The position numbers and the translations under genes are program-made. Positions 22,090-38,173 of a stretch of 64,000 bases of DNA are shown here, in pieces. The notes beneath the pieces are model-generated. The model was not told the origin of the DNA. It ran no database searches and saw only the letters and a list, made by a program, of their open reading frames with translations. How positions within the stretch are numbered: the first letter of the stretch is position 1; each line of letters begins with the position of its first letter. Origin of the DNA: Octopus vulgaris (lineage: Eukaryota); assembly GCA_951406725.2 (NCBI GenBank), contig OX597818.1:3720001-3784000 (forward strand). The letters run 5' to 3'.

Positions 22090-25000
22090 ACTACCTTAGC
22101 CCTTTCAAACGGGTCCACCATACCACCTCTTTCGCTACAGCCACTAGGCAAAGGAAAACTGCCTTGCCCTCCCGGTTAAAGGAGGTCGGCGGGGCAATCT
22201 TCACTATAGATTCAGCAGAAGCCGGATCCGTCCTATACGCGACAGTAGCTGTTCGACATAAACCTATAGTTCAGCAATACTCGGACACTGGACGAGTGCG
22301 TACAGAACGGTTTCGTCGTCCTGGTAGCATCTCGGGCAGGTCCGGCTGACGGCACTTCCGTACCAGTAGAGTTTATCCCAAACAGGCAGTGCCCCTCGGT
22401 AGCACTGCCAGGCGAGCGACCTCTGGAAATTATCCATTGGCCCCGACCTGAAAGTTCTTCCGAACAGACCGCTCAACTCGATATCGTCAACGCCTAGAGT
22501 TTCCCCGAGAACGTCGTCGCACTTTTCTTCCACTAAACCTCTATAGAACGCTAGAGTGGAACTACTACCGGTCGCATTTCCCGCATGGTGGAGGGCCGAG
22601 AGAGCTTGACGGCACTCGAGGTGCCAAGCACCCTTTGTCGGTCTGCGTTTGATCCAGGTTTGCAGCTCTGTCAAAGAGACAAGCTGCGGTAAGTTGCGTC
22701 TGACAAAAGACGACCACACCTGTTCACCGTCTAGGAAACGCTTGAGATGCCGTAGCCTGAGCGCATGTCTGCGCTTCAGTAACCACGGCATGCCAAGGCC
22801 TCCGCTCTGCGGTCGTTGACAGCAGATGGATCGCCTGACCAGTGGCACCTGACCCTTCCACAAAAAGTCGAAGAGCAAGCGCACCAGCTTGGTCAACCAG
22901 CGGTCGGGACAAGGGACGACGGTCAAGCGGTAATAGATGACGGATGCGATGTACGCATTCGCCACCTCCGCTCGACCTTTCAAGGACAGCTTCCTCTCGG
23001 CCCATTTCTGGGTGAGACGTGCCCCCCTGCTCGTCACTTCTTCGCAGTTTTTATCCACCTGGAGGTCTGGACCGAACCAGACCCCGAGCAGTTTAACGGG
23101 TCCGTCTGTCCAGCGCCCTACGACACTGTTGGACGGCATGAACTTGCCTCTCCAGGTGCCCAGTTGCAAGCTCACAGACTTTTCCGCGTTAAGTTTTGCC
23201 CCTGTCACCGCTTCGTACTCGTTTAGCGTTTCGCCGATCAGGTCAATATGCCTGTGGCTCGACACCATCACAGTGAGGTCGTCGGCATAGGCAGACACGC
23301 TGTTTCCACCTCCTAGATCGCGCGGGATACCCCTCAAAGCCTCTAACTTGCGCAGTAATGGCTCGAGAGTCAATACGTACAAGAGGGAGGAGAGAGGGCA
23401 TCCTTGGCGGACCGAACGTGACATGTCAAACGGCTCTGAAAGGTGACCGTACACCCGTATCACCGAGCAGATGTTGCTGTATAAAGCAGTGATCCACCCG
23501 CGGAAGATATCGGCAGATATCGGCCTTTCGCAGCACTCTGCCTTGCTGTCCGAGAGTTGCGGTAGGCCGTCCAGGTACACACCGAAGTCTGTACCGTTGT
23601 ACGCCCCACCGTTCGTCCCAAACAGTTGAGCAAAGTGCCGCTGAAACACCGCACACATCTGCTTCGGTTCGGAAACCTCGCGCCCTTTCTGGTCCACCAA
23701 AGACCGAATGGTCGCTTTGTTGCCACACTTCGCCTCCGCCACGCAGGCCCATCGAGTGGCCTTAAGTCCCCTCCCCGCTTAGCGAACGCGCCTTAGCTCT
23801 GACAACGCAGCCTTCGTGTTTGGTGTCAAAGTGTTGGTCGAGAGCCAACCTAGCCGCCAACACGTCGGTTGCGATGCCTGTCTCAAGAGCCTCGTCTAGT
23901 TTTCTAACTAAATCCCGCTCTGTTTTCCTATGTTCGACAGCTAGAGCCTTACTAACACGGAGATAGAAAAATCTCGTATCCGCCGAAAAGGGCCGCGAGT
24001 TCCTGCGGGTCGGAGAGCTTGGTTTCATTAATGGCTGCTACATCCACGCTCTGAGACCTCAGGTCGTTTAACAGGTGGCCCTGTTTCCAAGGTGACCCGA
24101 GGCCTCTCACATTTAAGCAACCTATTCTGAGTTTAGTCATGTTTTTTAAAGGTTCAGAAGGAGAAAAAGGCTCTACTTACTGTTGTTGTATGGTGGGGTG
24201 GCTCCTTTGTGCTTTTGCACGGGTATTTCCACCAAGTTTTTATAGAGTTTTTTTGAGAAATTTCTCCCTAGCGACCCGACATCGTTAGGGAATTTCTCCT
24301 TGATTTCGTTATATTTTGATTCGTTTATTGTTATGGTAAGAATGTGTGCTGGTGGTGTGTTGTGCGTTGATATAACAAAATTAGTGATTTTAGTGTCTGT
24401 GTCTTGTTTCAGGTGTGTGACAAGTTGTTCATTTTTTGTGCTTATAGCTGTAACGGTGTCTGTGTGTGTTGGTGTGTGTGGGAGTAATGGTGGCGAAAGC
24501 GTTGTTGTTTGTTGTTGTGAGTGCATGTTGTTGTTGTTGATGTTGGGAAGCTCTATTTGTTCGTGCTTCCCCTGTGTGTTATGTGTGTCTTTTTGTTTTT
24601 TACGTCTTTTCTTCTTCGGTGGCACTGTGTGCCACTCCCCTTTCTCGCTATCAGTGCTCGCACAATCCGAGCTAACCTGATCTGGAAAGGGGACATTTAT
24701 CGGGTCCGTTTCCACAGTTAGTTGAAAATCATTAATATTCGTAGGAAACAGTGCTGTTGCTGTAATTGTTGGTGTCGGTGACGGTGTTGGTGCTTCCTTC
24801 TGCGTGGTCCTTCTTGGTATTGGTGTTGGTTTGGTGGTGGCTGGAGGTGGTGTTGCTCTTCGTTGTGGTGGTAATAGTGTTGGTGGTGCGGCAATTTTTG
24901 GTGTTTCAGGTTGTTGTTGTTGTTGTTGTTGTTGTTGCTGCTGCTGCTGCTGCTGTTTCTTTTTTTCTGCCTCCATTCTTTGCTTGTAAATGTGGCAGTC

Positions 25001-26174
25001 TTTCTTCAGATGGTTTTCGCTGCTGCAGAGGTAGCATTTTGGCCTTCGCCCTCTACAGTAACGTGCAATCTGGTGCCGTCCGGCAAATTTATGGAATCAG
25101 GCATAGAATTTATATTTCTTGCTGGATCTGTGTCAGCAGCTGTACTCCCATACCTGACCAGTTCTTCTCTCGCAACCTGCGTACATCCAGAATAGTGGCA
25201 GTGTCCTCTATGTCATAGAGGACAGCTGCCACCAGCCAAGATATACTCAGCTCGGGTGGCACCTGGTCAATTTTGATTTTTGTTACTCGCCGACCAAGGT
25301 ATGTCGGTACGAGCAACAAACTTTCTGTTTGCAAGGGCGAAATGGCATGTTTCCTTGCATCTTCCTCCGTTGGGAATCGAACCTCCACGGTTAGCTCTTT
25401 TGACCCCAAATGGGCTTCAGAGCTATTTCCAGTTCTTGTGGTGTGGCATTGGTTATTTTTCTGTATTTTCTTTCGAAAATCTTATAGATTATTGTTTTTC
25501 TGTTTTTGTTTCTTGTATCAGTTCTTGTGGTGTATTCAGGAATATGCTGTTACCTTGTTTCTTCAATAAACTTTTAGCAGTTTTGATTTCTTCCATCGTA
25601 ACTTTTATTTCCTCCGAGATCTGCTTGGCAGCGGAGGTGAAACCGTTACGATGTTGTTAAGTTGTGTTGTTGCTGGTGGTGGTGTCATTGTTGATGCTGT
25701 TCATTGCTTTTCTTTCCTCCTTCTCCGGTACTGGAGCATTGGTGGAGGGAAGAGGAGGGAAATCTTTAATGACGTCAAAAGTGACGCTTTCTTTTGTATG
25801 GTCATTTTGAACGCTGCACGTTCCGGCACGTTCTTTCGAAAATTCTTTGTTGCCTTTCAAGGCACGAAATGGGCGGTTTGGAGCCGTCTTCGAAATGGTG
25901 TATGTTTGCGGAGGGAGTGGTGTTGGAAGAAGGGAACAGCTAACTGCTCGCTTCAAAGACATTTTTGTTAAAATATATGTGTAAAAATTTAAAAGTTCAA
26001 ACTGCAATTTTACCCCTAATGGGATAAAATTTTGCCTAACCAACTAGCTCCACAAGAAGTTGGTTGAGTTGGCCACACAAATATCGAAAAATATGTATAC
26101 TTTTAGACAAATTTCCAATAAAATTGGTAGAAAACTTACGGAGCCTCCTGAGACACGTCCACTCGTTGGAGAAA

Positions 26175-26176
<2 letters not shown>
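22090..26176 (-). mobile_element. L1/Tx1-like LINE with 5' end, ORF1 and internally deleted ORF2
   Basis: 5' motif gagtggacgtgt; ORF1 pieces 25110-25409 and 24173-24976 (poly-Q, Pro/Thr-rich); APE start LRIGCLNVRGL..AINETK (24140); RT VRQGCPLS, SAYADDL, KLLGVWF; C-terminal CPRC. Confidence 0.9.
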
Positions 26177-29440
<3,264 letters not shown>

Positions 29441-29758
29441 TTGCCAGTTGTAGAAAACTTTTATGATATGTTGGATAATGCAGTCCTTAATACACTACAT
29501 CTGTAATAAAAAAAAATGGAGTGGTCACTGTTGGTACGTCTTTGATCAAAACTCGCATGACAAAAGATAACAACAACAATAAAAACCTCTTTAACTAAAT
29601 TAATGGATGTTTCTTGTTTTATTCTTTTCTTGAAGGTCTTCATAGTCTAGAAGTAAATATTTCTATGGAGAATGAAACTGTTCTCCAATACAAGTCACCG
29701 TCGTTAATGAAAGGTAAGATTAACAACTGGTCTCCTCCTCCTCCTCCTCCTCCTCCTC

Positions 29759-29836
<78 letters not shown>

Positions 29837-30081
29837 TAGCCACTAAAACTAACTACTTACTATACCATGCAGTAGATAGTGTAATTCTAGATACATTATG
29901 TCTGAATGAAAGATTGTTTGGTTACCGTAGACCTGTCTGATCAGACGTGACCTGAGTCTAAAGAAGAAGAAGAAGAAGAAGAAGAAGAAGAAGAAGAAAA
30001 AGAAGGAAAAGAAGGAAAAGAAGGAAAAGAAGAAGAAAAAGAAGAAAAGAAGAAGGTAGAGGTGTGTGTATTGAATGACTT

Positions 30082-30252
30082 CAGAGCCGCCTTAGAATCA
30101 ATCATTGTTGGTCCCTGGGCAAATCAATGCACTGGACCCTATAGTATATATTTATTTTATTTACAGTAAGCCACAACATACATAGTTCAAATTTGAGTCC
30201 CTAGACCCTAGGTCTCCTTGGACCAATGTGCCGATACCTTAAGACGGCTCTT
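30082..30252. mobile_element. hAT-like MITE
   Basis: TIRs cagagccgcctta / taagacggctctt; imperfect 8-bp TSD aatgactt / aataagtt. Confidence 0.6.
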
Positions 30253-30338
30253 AATAAGTTGAAATTCACGTCTTTAGAAATTGTATTATTGTTTATAAAC
30301 TTTTTAATAATTGTCATATTTCGGGATGGTCATTTTTG

Positions 30339-30649
30339 TTTTTGCTAAATAAACACACGCACTAACTGTTCGTTCTTCACTTGTTTATTATTGTTCTTAT
30401 TTTATATATGCCCATTGTCTGGAAATCTTTCGTCCCACATCTGTGACCTCTTCAGTGACCCTTTCCATGCATGTGTATCCTCCTGCTCCGCCTAGTCCAG
30501 GAGTAGGAGGATACATGTGGATGGAAAAGTCATTGAAGAGGTCACCGATGTGTGACAAAAGATTTACAGAAAACGGACATGTATAAAATAAGAACAATAA
30601 TAAACGAGTGAAGAACGAATAGATAACGCGTGTGTTTATTTAGCAAAAA
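30339..30649. repeat. ~310-bp imperfect palindrome; each arm has a hammerhead-like core (Penelope-like inverted pseudo-LTRs)
   Basis: Arms meet at 30490-30499; minus arm CTGAAGA-G-GTCAC..GGGAC-GAAA, plus arm TTGAAGA-G-GTCAC..GTGAC-AAAA. Confidence 0.7.
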
Positions 30650-32679
30650 AAAAATAATAATAATAACAATATCTCTTTCAACACACGGTTTCACATCAGG
30701 AATCTTGAAAAACAAATTCATAAACGTAAATTTTTAATAATTGGATAGTGTAAAAAAAAAAAGGAGTAAAGATTCTTCCCGAGTTATATAGACTCTCTGG
30801 GCCTGTTTCCCGGGCGTATATATTCCCCACCTGGACGGGACGCCGGTCTGTCGCAGAATACTCATTTTTGTCAGCTGAGTAGATTAGAGCAACGTGAAAT
30901 GAAGTGTTTTTCTTAAGAAAACAAGGTGCCGCCCGGTCCAGGAATCGAAACCACAATCTTACGATCATGAGTTCAACATCTTAAAAACTAAGCCAAGTGT
31001 CTCTTCTCATTGGATAGTGTGGTCCTTCATATTTTATGATTAGAAAAAAGACGGCATGGCTACCGCTGGAACATCTTTGATCATAGGTAAGATAGATGAA
31101 GAAGTAAACCGCAACAGCAGCGACAACAATATTTGTTGTTATTTTTAAAATGTCATGGTTTTGCGGGAATGTATCATGGTGTTCATACTATTCTTAGGAA
31201 CAGCGTTGGCAGTTTAAAGGAAGTAAAGTAAAGGCTCAGTAAGAGACAAAACAACAACTGATGATGATGCTACGAAGAATACAATTTTATAAAACTAATA
31301 CTCAAAGATTACGTGAGGAACTATTTTTGAAGACGAATACTTTGGAAACAAAGCAGGCAGCCGTGTGGAATTTATGAATTATAGAACTTCTATATCCACC
31401 CGGCAGTCTAAAAACTTGGTAGGAGACAGAAGATATGTTTTAGGTTTTGCACCCAAGGTTATCAAAGGTTATTTAAAAATAGTTTTATTCTTGGAATGGC
31501 TTTAAAAGTATTTAACTTTAACGAACCGGAAACATCATATATTCAAACTGTTGGTTCCTAAATGTGTAACTTCAAAACTCATTCAAACAACATCTATAAA
31601 ATTGACTCAACATTTTATTGATATTAATATTAAGTTCTAACACAACACCATAAATGCAGAGGGAGGTACATGTCGATTTATAGTTTTCAGTATTTTACTG
31701 GCACTTACTTATCTTATTTTCCCTGGAAAATAAAAAGCAAAATCACCTTCAGCTGGATAGGAAACCAGAATATAAGGGGACATAATCAAACCCCCTTAGT
31801 CCGTTACTGAACCCTTTCTGTCAGTCTACTGCCCAGTATCGGCTGAGGCAGGATTTTAAGGTCAGTTATTGAGATAGTGTACATAATGATTGCCCGTAAT
31901 AACTCCCATTGATAGTACAGTGTATTTTGTGTCTTATAAAAAGAACAATTTGCGATACTACAAAATAAAACGGGATAATTACAGGTGGAATGTTTTTGAT
32001 CATCGGTCTGTTCAAATAGGTTTGACCTGCGGATAAAAACCAATAGCAACGACATCAAAAACTAATGCCAGGTTATTTTTATATCTTTCCAGAAACCATG
32101 GGAAGAAATCTTAACTTTCGACTAAATAATGAATATGTCAGCTTTATTGAAAATACTGAGGGTTTGGAATAAAATGAACAAGTTTCGGGCTAATGTGAAA
32201 TACAAAGAGTATTTGTTCAAAATAAACATCAACATTTAAAAAGTAAAAGATAAAAAAACAACAAATACATTACTCAAAATGTTTGTTTCATTTAATTATC
32301 ATTGTTGGTGGGTGATGGTGGGAGAATATAAATTGCATTTTAAAACTGAAAAGAAACATTAATTCCTGACGTCTGCCCGATAAATGTGATTCCATGCCTT
32401 TGTATCATAGAACAAATTTCAGTTTCATCGTTTTTCGTTCCTTTCTGAAAACCATCATTATGATTGCTCCTTCCTCATCTTTTCTCTCTCCTTCTCTCTC
32501 TCCCTTTCCCTTTCATTCTCTCTCTCCTATCTTTTACTCTCTTTTCTTTATTTTGATCACAACAAAATATCGAACATAACTTTGGTACTTGGTCAGAGTT
32601 TTGATGTACAAATTCGTTCTCAATAAAATTGGATGATTCATTTTAAGTTGTCATATTTTTGTATCTGTTTATATTTCAG

Positions 32680-32754
32680 ACGACATTGGAAAGACTCAAA
32701 CACTGTCTGCTACTCGAAAGAAACGAACCTATGATGTCAATCACCAGAAAACAG
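32680..32754 (+). CDS. Candidate 75-bp exon (phase 1-1): DIGKTQTLSATRKKRTYDVNHQKT
   Basis: tatatttcag acceptor, AG|gtaaca donor, open frame, phase matches exon 37669. Confidence 0.45.
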
Positions 32755-34379
32755 GTAACAATATTAATTCAATAACGAAATCATTGACATCAATGAATGT
32801 GGAATAATTCAGTTGTATTTGAAACAGTTCATGTTCACCAGTTCTTGTTTGATCACATTTGATAGAATCGTGTGTGAATGAGAAGTTCTGCACTTCTTTG
32901 ATTGCTTTCTCATCAAAGACGTGATTAATTTCGTTTTTTTGTTGTTGCTATGACTGCCCCTGAATATCCATAATTCTCCTCGAAGGCAACTCAAACAGCA
33001 GCATGTAAACACCGATTATCATCTTTGTATGAATTTAGTTTTCCTTTCCAGAGTCAAGAATGTCTTTAATCGCAATATATGACAACCTGGATTGGAAGAT
33101 TGGTCATGGCCATAACGCTATGAGATGTCTTCTGTTTCTTAAGTCGCAAACTCTCCAGTATCGTTTATCCTGTAAAACTGGGTATTCCATATTTAACTAT
33201 ATACTATGTCGAGGTTTACCCTTTCTTTATTTTTTTCTCCAAAGTCACATTCCTCTGGATTATTCTCACAGCCTATGTCTTTTCATCCAACATTAGTTTC
33301 AAATTTTGGCACAAGGCTAGAAATTTCGAGGAGGGGTAAGTCGACTGGTATTTACTTTACCGATCCCGAAATGATGAAAGGCAAAGTCGATCTCGGAGGA
33401 GTTTGAACTCAGAACGTGAAGGCGGACGAAATGCCGCAAAGCACCTTGTCTAGCGTACAAACAATTCCGCCAGCACGCCGTTTCTTCTCACCCAATATTA
33501 ACATAAAATAAACTGAATATATACAACAGACGCAATGGTTTTAGTTGTGTTGTTGACAAGCTAGGGGAGATGACTTCAGGTAAAACGTTGGAGAGTGGGA
33601 GTTAAAGAGACTTGACCTGAATGCTTGTAACCGAGTGACCTCTACTAAGGGTACTCAAGAACCAGGTGACATTAAAGCAGATGAAGCAACCAGATATTGT
33701 CCTGTCAAAGGCTTCCAAATAATTTTCCCCACAGGGCTATGATATAAGACACTTAGCCAAATGACCAAAAAACGAGATCGAATCAGGAATAATGAGATTA
33801 CGAAGCGATCTTCTTAAGCACACGTCTACGTCTTCCAGACGCCTTCTGATATTCTTCAAAATTAAGAGTAGTTATTTCTTTTGTTGCGTTATTTCATGGA
33901 GGTCGTTCACCATTTGTTGGTAGAACAGTGGCATCGCCTGTCACTAACTCGTTTAAGAGATAGCTGAGCACACGCGTGCAGGCACAGAGTGGGAAAGAGA
34001 GGAAGAGAGAAAAAGAGAGATTTGATCTAATACTACTGATGTTTTAGCAACAACACACACACATTCACACACACGCGTATGTATACGCACACATAATGCA
34101 CTTACTTAAAATATACATATATACATATACACGCAAAACATAAGAATACACACAACATATACATATACATACGTACGTATACACATATATACAAACACGC
34201 TCGCATACACACACACATACTCACACACGCACACATACGCACGCACACACGACACATATATTCATATATTACACAACGTTACACACAATCTACTACTATT
34301 CAATGTTGTTCAGCATACTAACTCTGTAAAATATCTCTACATGGTGTATAAGTGAGAATGGACACGCGTACACACACTT

Positions 34380-34421
<42 letters not shown>

Positions 34422-34604
34422 GCACGCACACGCTTGCATACACGCACTGGTAGACACCACAAACACCCACATATATGTAAGAATGAATGCAAACCTATTA
34501 TGTATGTCTAAATATGCGTATGAATGCATATATGCGTACAAATAAATACAGATGTATCATGTACATCTATATATATAAGAACGCACACATCTATATATAC
34601 AATA

Positions 34605-34671
<67 letters not shown>

Positions 34672-35014
34672 CTGATAGAGGGGAAGAAAGAGAAGAATAG
34701 GGTTCTAAAATCAAATCTCCTCGTAAATATAGAATTGTTGCCAAAAATAAAATTCTCTGCTCATTTCACTCTAAGTTGGGTTAACAACTCTTCAATCTTT
34801 GGCGTTTCTTTCCCTGCCCTCAACATATTTCTTGTTGTCGTTGTTGGTAACGGGTTTGATTTTTCATATCACATACGCATACTTACATACACACACGCAC
34901 GCACGCGCATGCACAAACACACATGTATCGTATACATTGCAGCTCAAAGCTACGTATATGCTTGTGTGTGTGTGTGTGTGTGTGTTAGAAGGTTTGGAGA
35001 TGATGTACAGGTAT

Positions 35015-35210
35015 TATATATTAGAAGAAATAAGGTAATCAGAAGTCTGGAGTTCATTGTAGTGGAGTCTTCAGATTGTGAAGATTCAGAATCTGAAGAC
35101 TCCACAAGAGTGGACGCAAGCGCTAATATATGATTTATTAAAACATGTGACATATTAATAAATATCTGTAAATATAAAACCATCAAGATTTCTGAGTACC
35201 TTATTTCTTG

Positions 35211-35219
<9 letters not shown>
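35015..35219 (+). mobile_element. TA-flanked mini-element with terminal inverted repeats and a degenerate hammerhead
   Basis: tatattagaagaaataaggtaatcagaa / ttctgagtaccttatttcttgtaatata; CTGAAGA-C-TCCAC-aaga-GTGGA-C-GCAA-GCGC-TA at 35093-35125. Confidence 0.65.
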
Positions 35220-35255
<36 letters not shown>

Positions 35256-35620
35256 TAGTTTTTATATATTATAAATATGTATGTGTGTGTGTGTACATAC
35301 AAATATGTATATATATGGATATAGGTAGTCAAGGAGGTAGCTTTGCAATCATGAAGGTCACAGTTTCAATCCCACTGCGTAGCATCTTGGACAAGCGTTA
35401 TCACAGTCACTGATCACCCATACTTACAAAATGAAATAGAGTGGAAATTGTATAGAAGCTCACTGAATGGCCTGAACATTAATTCAAAGGTGTAGCTTTG
35501 AAATTATGTTTAGGATATACATGCCTGTAGAATACGCAACTACTCACACACCAACTCAAAAAGCAGATATTTCTATTCATCACACAACTGGACATTAACG
35601 CGAAATTCTCCAAATATATA

Positions 35621-35920
35621 TAGTAAGAAAGTGAGATGACAAAAGAATAAACGATTATCATATGAATTACATTAGCTTAAGATGCAGTGGACTCATAGTT
35701 GAGTGCCTCAATAGCACCTTATAGCCTAATTGGAGCCTTGAAAATTAATTAAAATTTATTTCTTCAAATAAATTGCATTTCATTTTCGAGGCTCTAAAGC
35801 TATAGTGTGCTACTGAGGCACTTAACTATGAGTCCACTACATCTTATAGTAGAAACAGCTGTAAGCTAGTGAAATTTATTTGATAATCGTTTATTTCTTT
35901 GTCATTTCACTTTCTTACTA
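35621..35920. repeat. ~300-bp imperfect palindromic element
   Basis: tagtaagaaagtga..gtggactcatagttgagtgcctca mirrored by tgaggcacttaactatgagtccac..tcactttcttacta. Confidence 0.8.
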
Positions 35921-36006
35921 CCGCTTTGTACTCGACTAGCGCTTCGTTCTGAAGCATATATGTATTGAGTTCTTCACCAAATTATTAGTCTCGCAATACT
36001 TAAGCG

Positions 36007-36062
<56 letters not shown>

Positions 36063-36187
36063 ACCCGCGCATTGAGTCAAAAGTGTTGCGATATTTTGGT
36101 AACTTACTTGCTTTATTCGTCAAGTTACAACAAAAGCAGCCTAGCATTCAGAAGCTAACTTTCTGCCAGTTCTTTGATCTTACCTTG

Positions 36188-36821
36188 TTGTCACTTATTT
36201 TTCTATATATTGCGAGCTGGAGAGGATTACTGCTTTCTCTAGCGGACGAGTATCCACCACTGAGGATGAGCAGAAATGGCTCGAAACCGTACGGTCTGGT
36301 GATCCCGTCACCGCCGTTAGAATATGGTAGGGGTTCACTCCCCTGCTTGCAATATATATTAGTTATATGCATCGAAAACCTTCTGGAAGAGGCTCCTCTC
36401 AGAGTTTGAAATGGTAGTAATGTCAGTACCTATGGAACAGTTATATTGAAGCGGTGATAAATATTACTTCTCAGTATAGTTACTACTTTCATCCCTCATA
36501 CAGATTTTTAAACTAACTACTTGGCTTGTTACAAGATCAGTGATTGGTTGTCACTTATTTTTCTATATATTGTAAGCTGGAGTGGATTACTGCTATTTCT
36601 AGCGGACGAGTGTCCACCACTGTGAATAAGCACTAAGAGCTCAAAATCGTACGGTCTGGTGTTCCCGTCGCTGCCACTAGAAGATGGTAGGGGTTCGCTC
36701 CCATGCTTGTAATACATATTGCATCGATAACCAGCTGGAAGAGGCTCCCCCTAGGGTTACAAACAGTAGTAACGTCGGTTCTTACGGAACAGCTATATTG
36801 AAGTGGCGATAAGTATTGCTT
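36188..36821 (+). mobile_element. Tandem direct repeats with 360-bp period, each with a hammerhead motif (retrozyme / Penelope pseudo-LTR-like)
   Basis: 36188-36469 aligns with 36548-36821; hammerheads are exactly 360 nt apart. Confidence 0.8.
36255..36301 (+). ncRNA. Minimal type I hammerhead ribozyme, intact core
   Basis: CACCA-CTGAGGA-T-GAGC-agaaatg-GCTC-GAAA-CCGTACGG-TC-TGGTG; GUC cut after 36296. Confidence 0.9.
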
Positions 36822-37668
36822 ATAGATATATGTATATCTATATATGTATATACATATGCATACAGAAACTCACGCGCATATATGAAATGTCATATGGTAA
36901 AATAAATCAAGTTACTTGCATTGAGACACATTTTATATATCCTTCGCCTGGACATGAACCCAAGTTTCTAGTGGAAATTTATCAATAAAATTTTATGTAC
37001 TATCGTCGTCAGCAGGTGATAGAGTGACCAGTATGTTATGCTGTTTAAGATTGCAGGACTAAATTTAGTTTTTCAGTGTCTATATTTAACACATAGTGAG
37101 GTGATATTCCGTGTTTTCTCGAATTTTCGACTATCTCGAAAAATTCCGCTGGTTTAAAAATAATTTGTTTGACTAGCTATTTATCTTTACGAAACAAATT
37201 AGTGAAATAGGTTGTTTTTAACTCTCGTTTAACACTCGAGCAATCTCTTCAGCAGCATGCGTGCATACATATATATCTTTCTGAGGGACTTTTCCCCCTC
37301 TCATGAAAACTTTTTAATTGTAGCCATCTTCGAATCGCAAAAAGTTGAGCAGATAACTTTGATTTAACAAATTGAAGATATTTCAGTCATCAATAATTGC
37401 AATGACTAAAGGAATGCGATGCACGCTTCATGGTTAAACGAGCATGAGAAGATATCGGCCCCGCTAGTTTGTTGTTGTGCTGTGAATACAAGAAGATTTA
37501 GGAAAATAGAATTTGAAGTATTGCATATTGCTACGGTCAAACAAATTAGAAATTGAAGAATAGCATAAAATATGTTTGTACCATGATTAAATTATGCCAC
37601 AGAAGAATGAGTGAATGTCTCTTCCCCACTCATACCTAATTCCCCTGTCTACATTTGCTATATTTCAG

Positions 37669-37801
37669 CTAGTGACGCTAATGGTATTTGTATCAGCCAT
37701 TTGTCACTTTTCAAATCGAAGTCAATGTCCAAACCAGAACCGATTCACAAAGTCATTGTGGCCGATGAAGGAACACCAGTTTCACTGGCTTGTCACTTTT
37801 G
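37669..37801 (+). CDS. Exon of a host Ig-domain protein (start of V-like domain: ..KVIVADEGTPVSLACHF)
   Basis: tatttcag acceptor, TG|gttagt donor, phase 1-2; Ig A'/B-strand pattern. Confidence 0.7.
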
Positions 37802-38090
37802 GTTAGTAAATCTCTTTCTCTCCCATCACACACGCATATATTTATGTATATATACATATATTTTATGATTTTGCTGAGGCACAGCGATACCTATAACCAG
37901 TTGTTAGAACTTAGCATACTTTAGAATGAAGCGTTAGGAATGTACAGCACCTAATACAGCTTATTGAATGATAAGGAAACCGAAATTACTAACCAAATTC
38001 ATTAGCTTACATCTGTTTCTGCTATAAACCGTAGTGGGCTCAGAGCTGATACTTGTGCAACATCTTACAGTTTCTTCGGAGCCTTTATCC

Positions 38091-38173
<83 letters not shown>

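Noticed and set aside
31155-31443. Signal-peptide-like MVLRECIMVFILFLGTALAV as first exon of the Ig gene, possibly rescued by RNA editing
   Set aside because: Five in-frame stops before the phase-compatible donor, which is unremarkable for AT-rich non-coding DNA; no evidence for editing.
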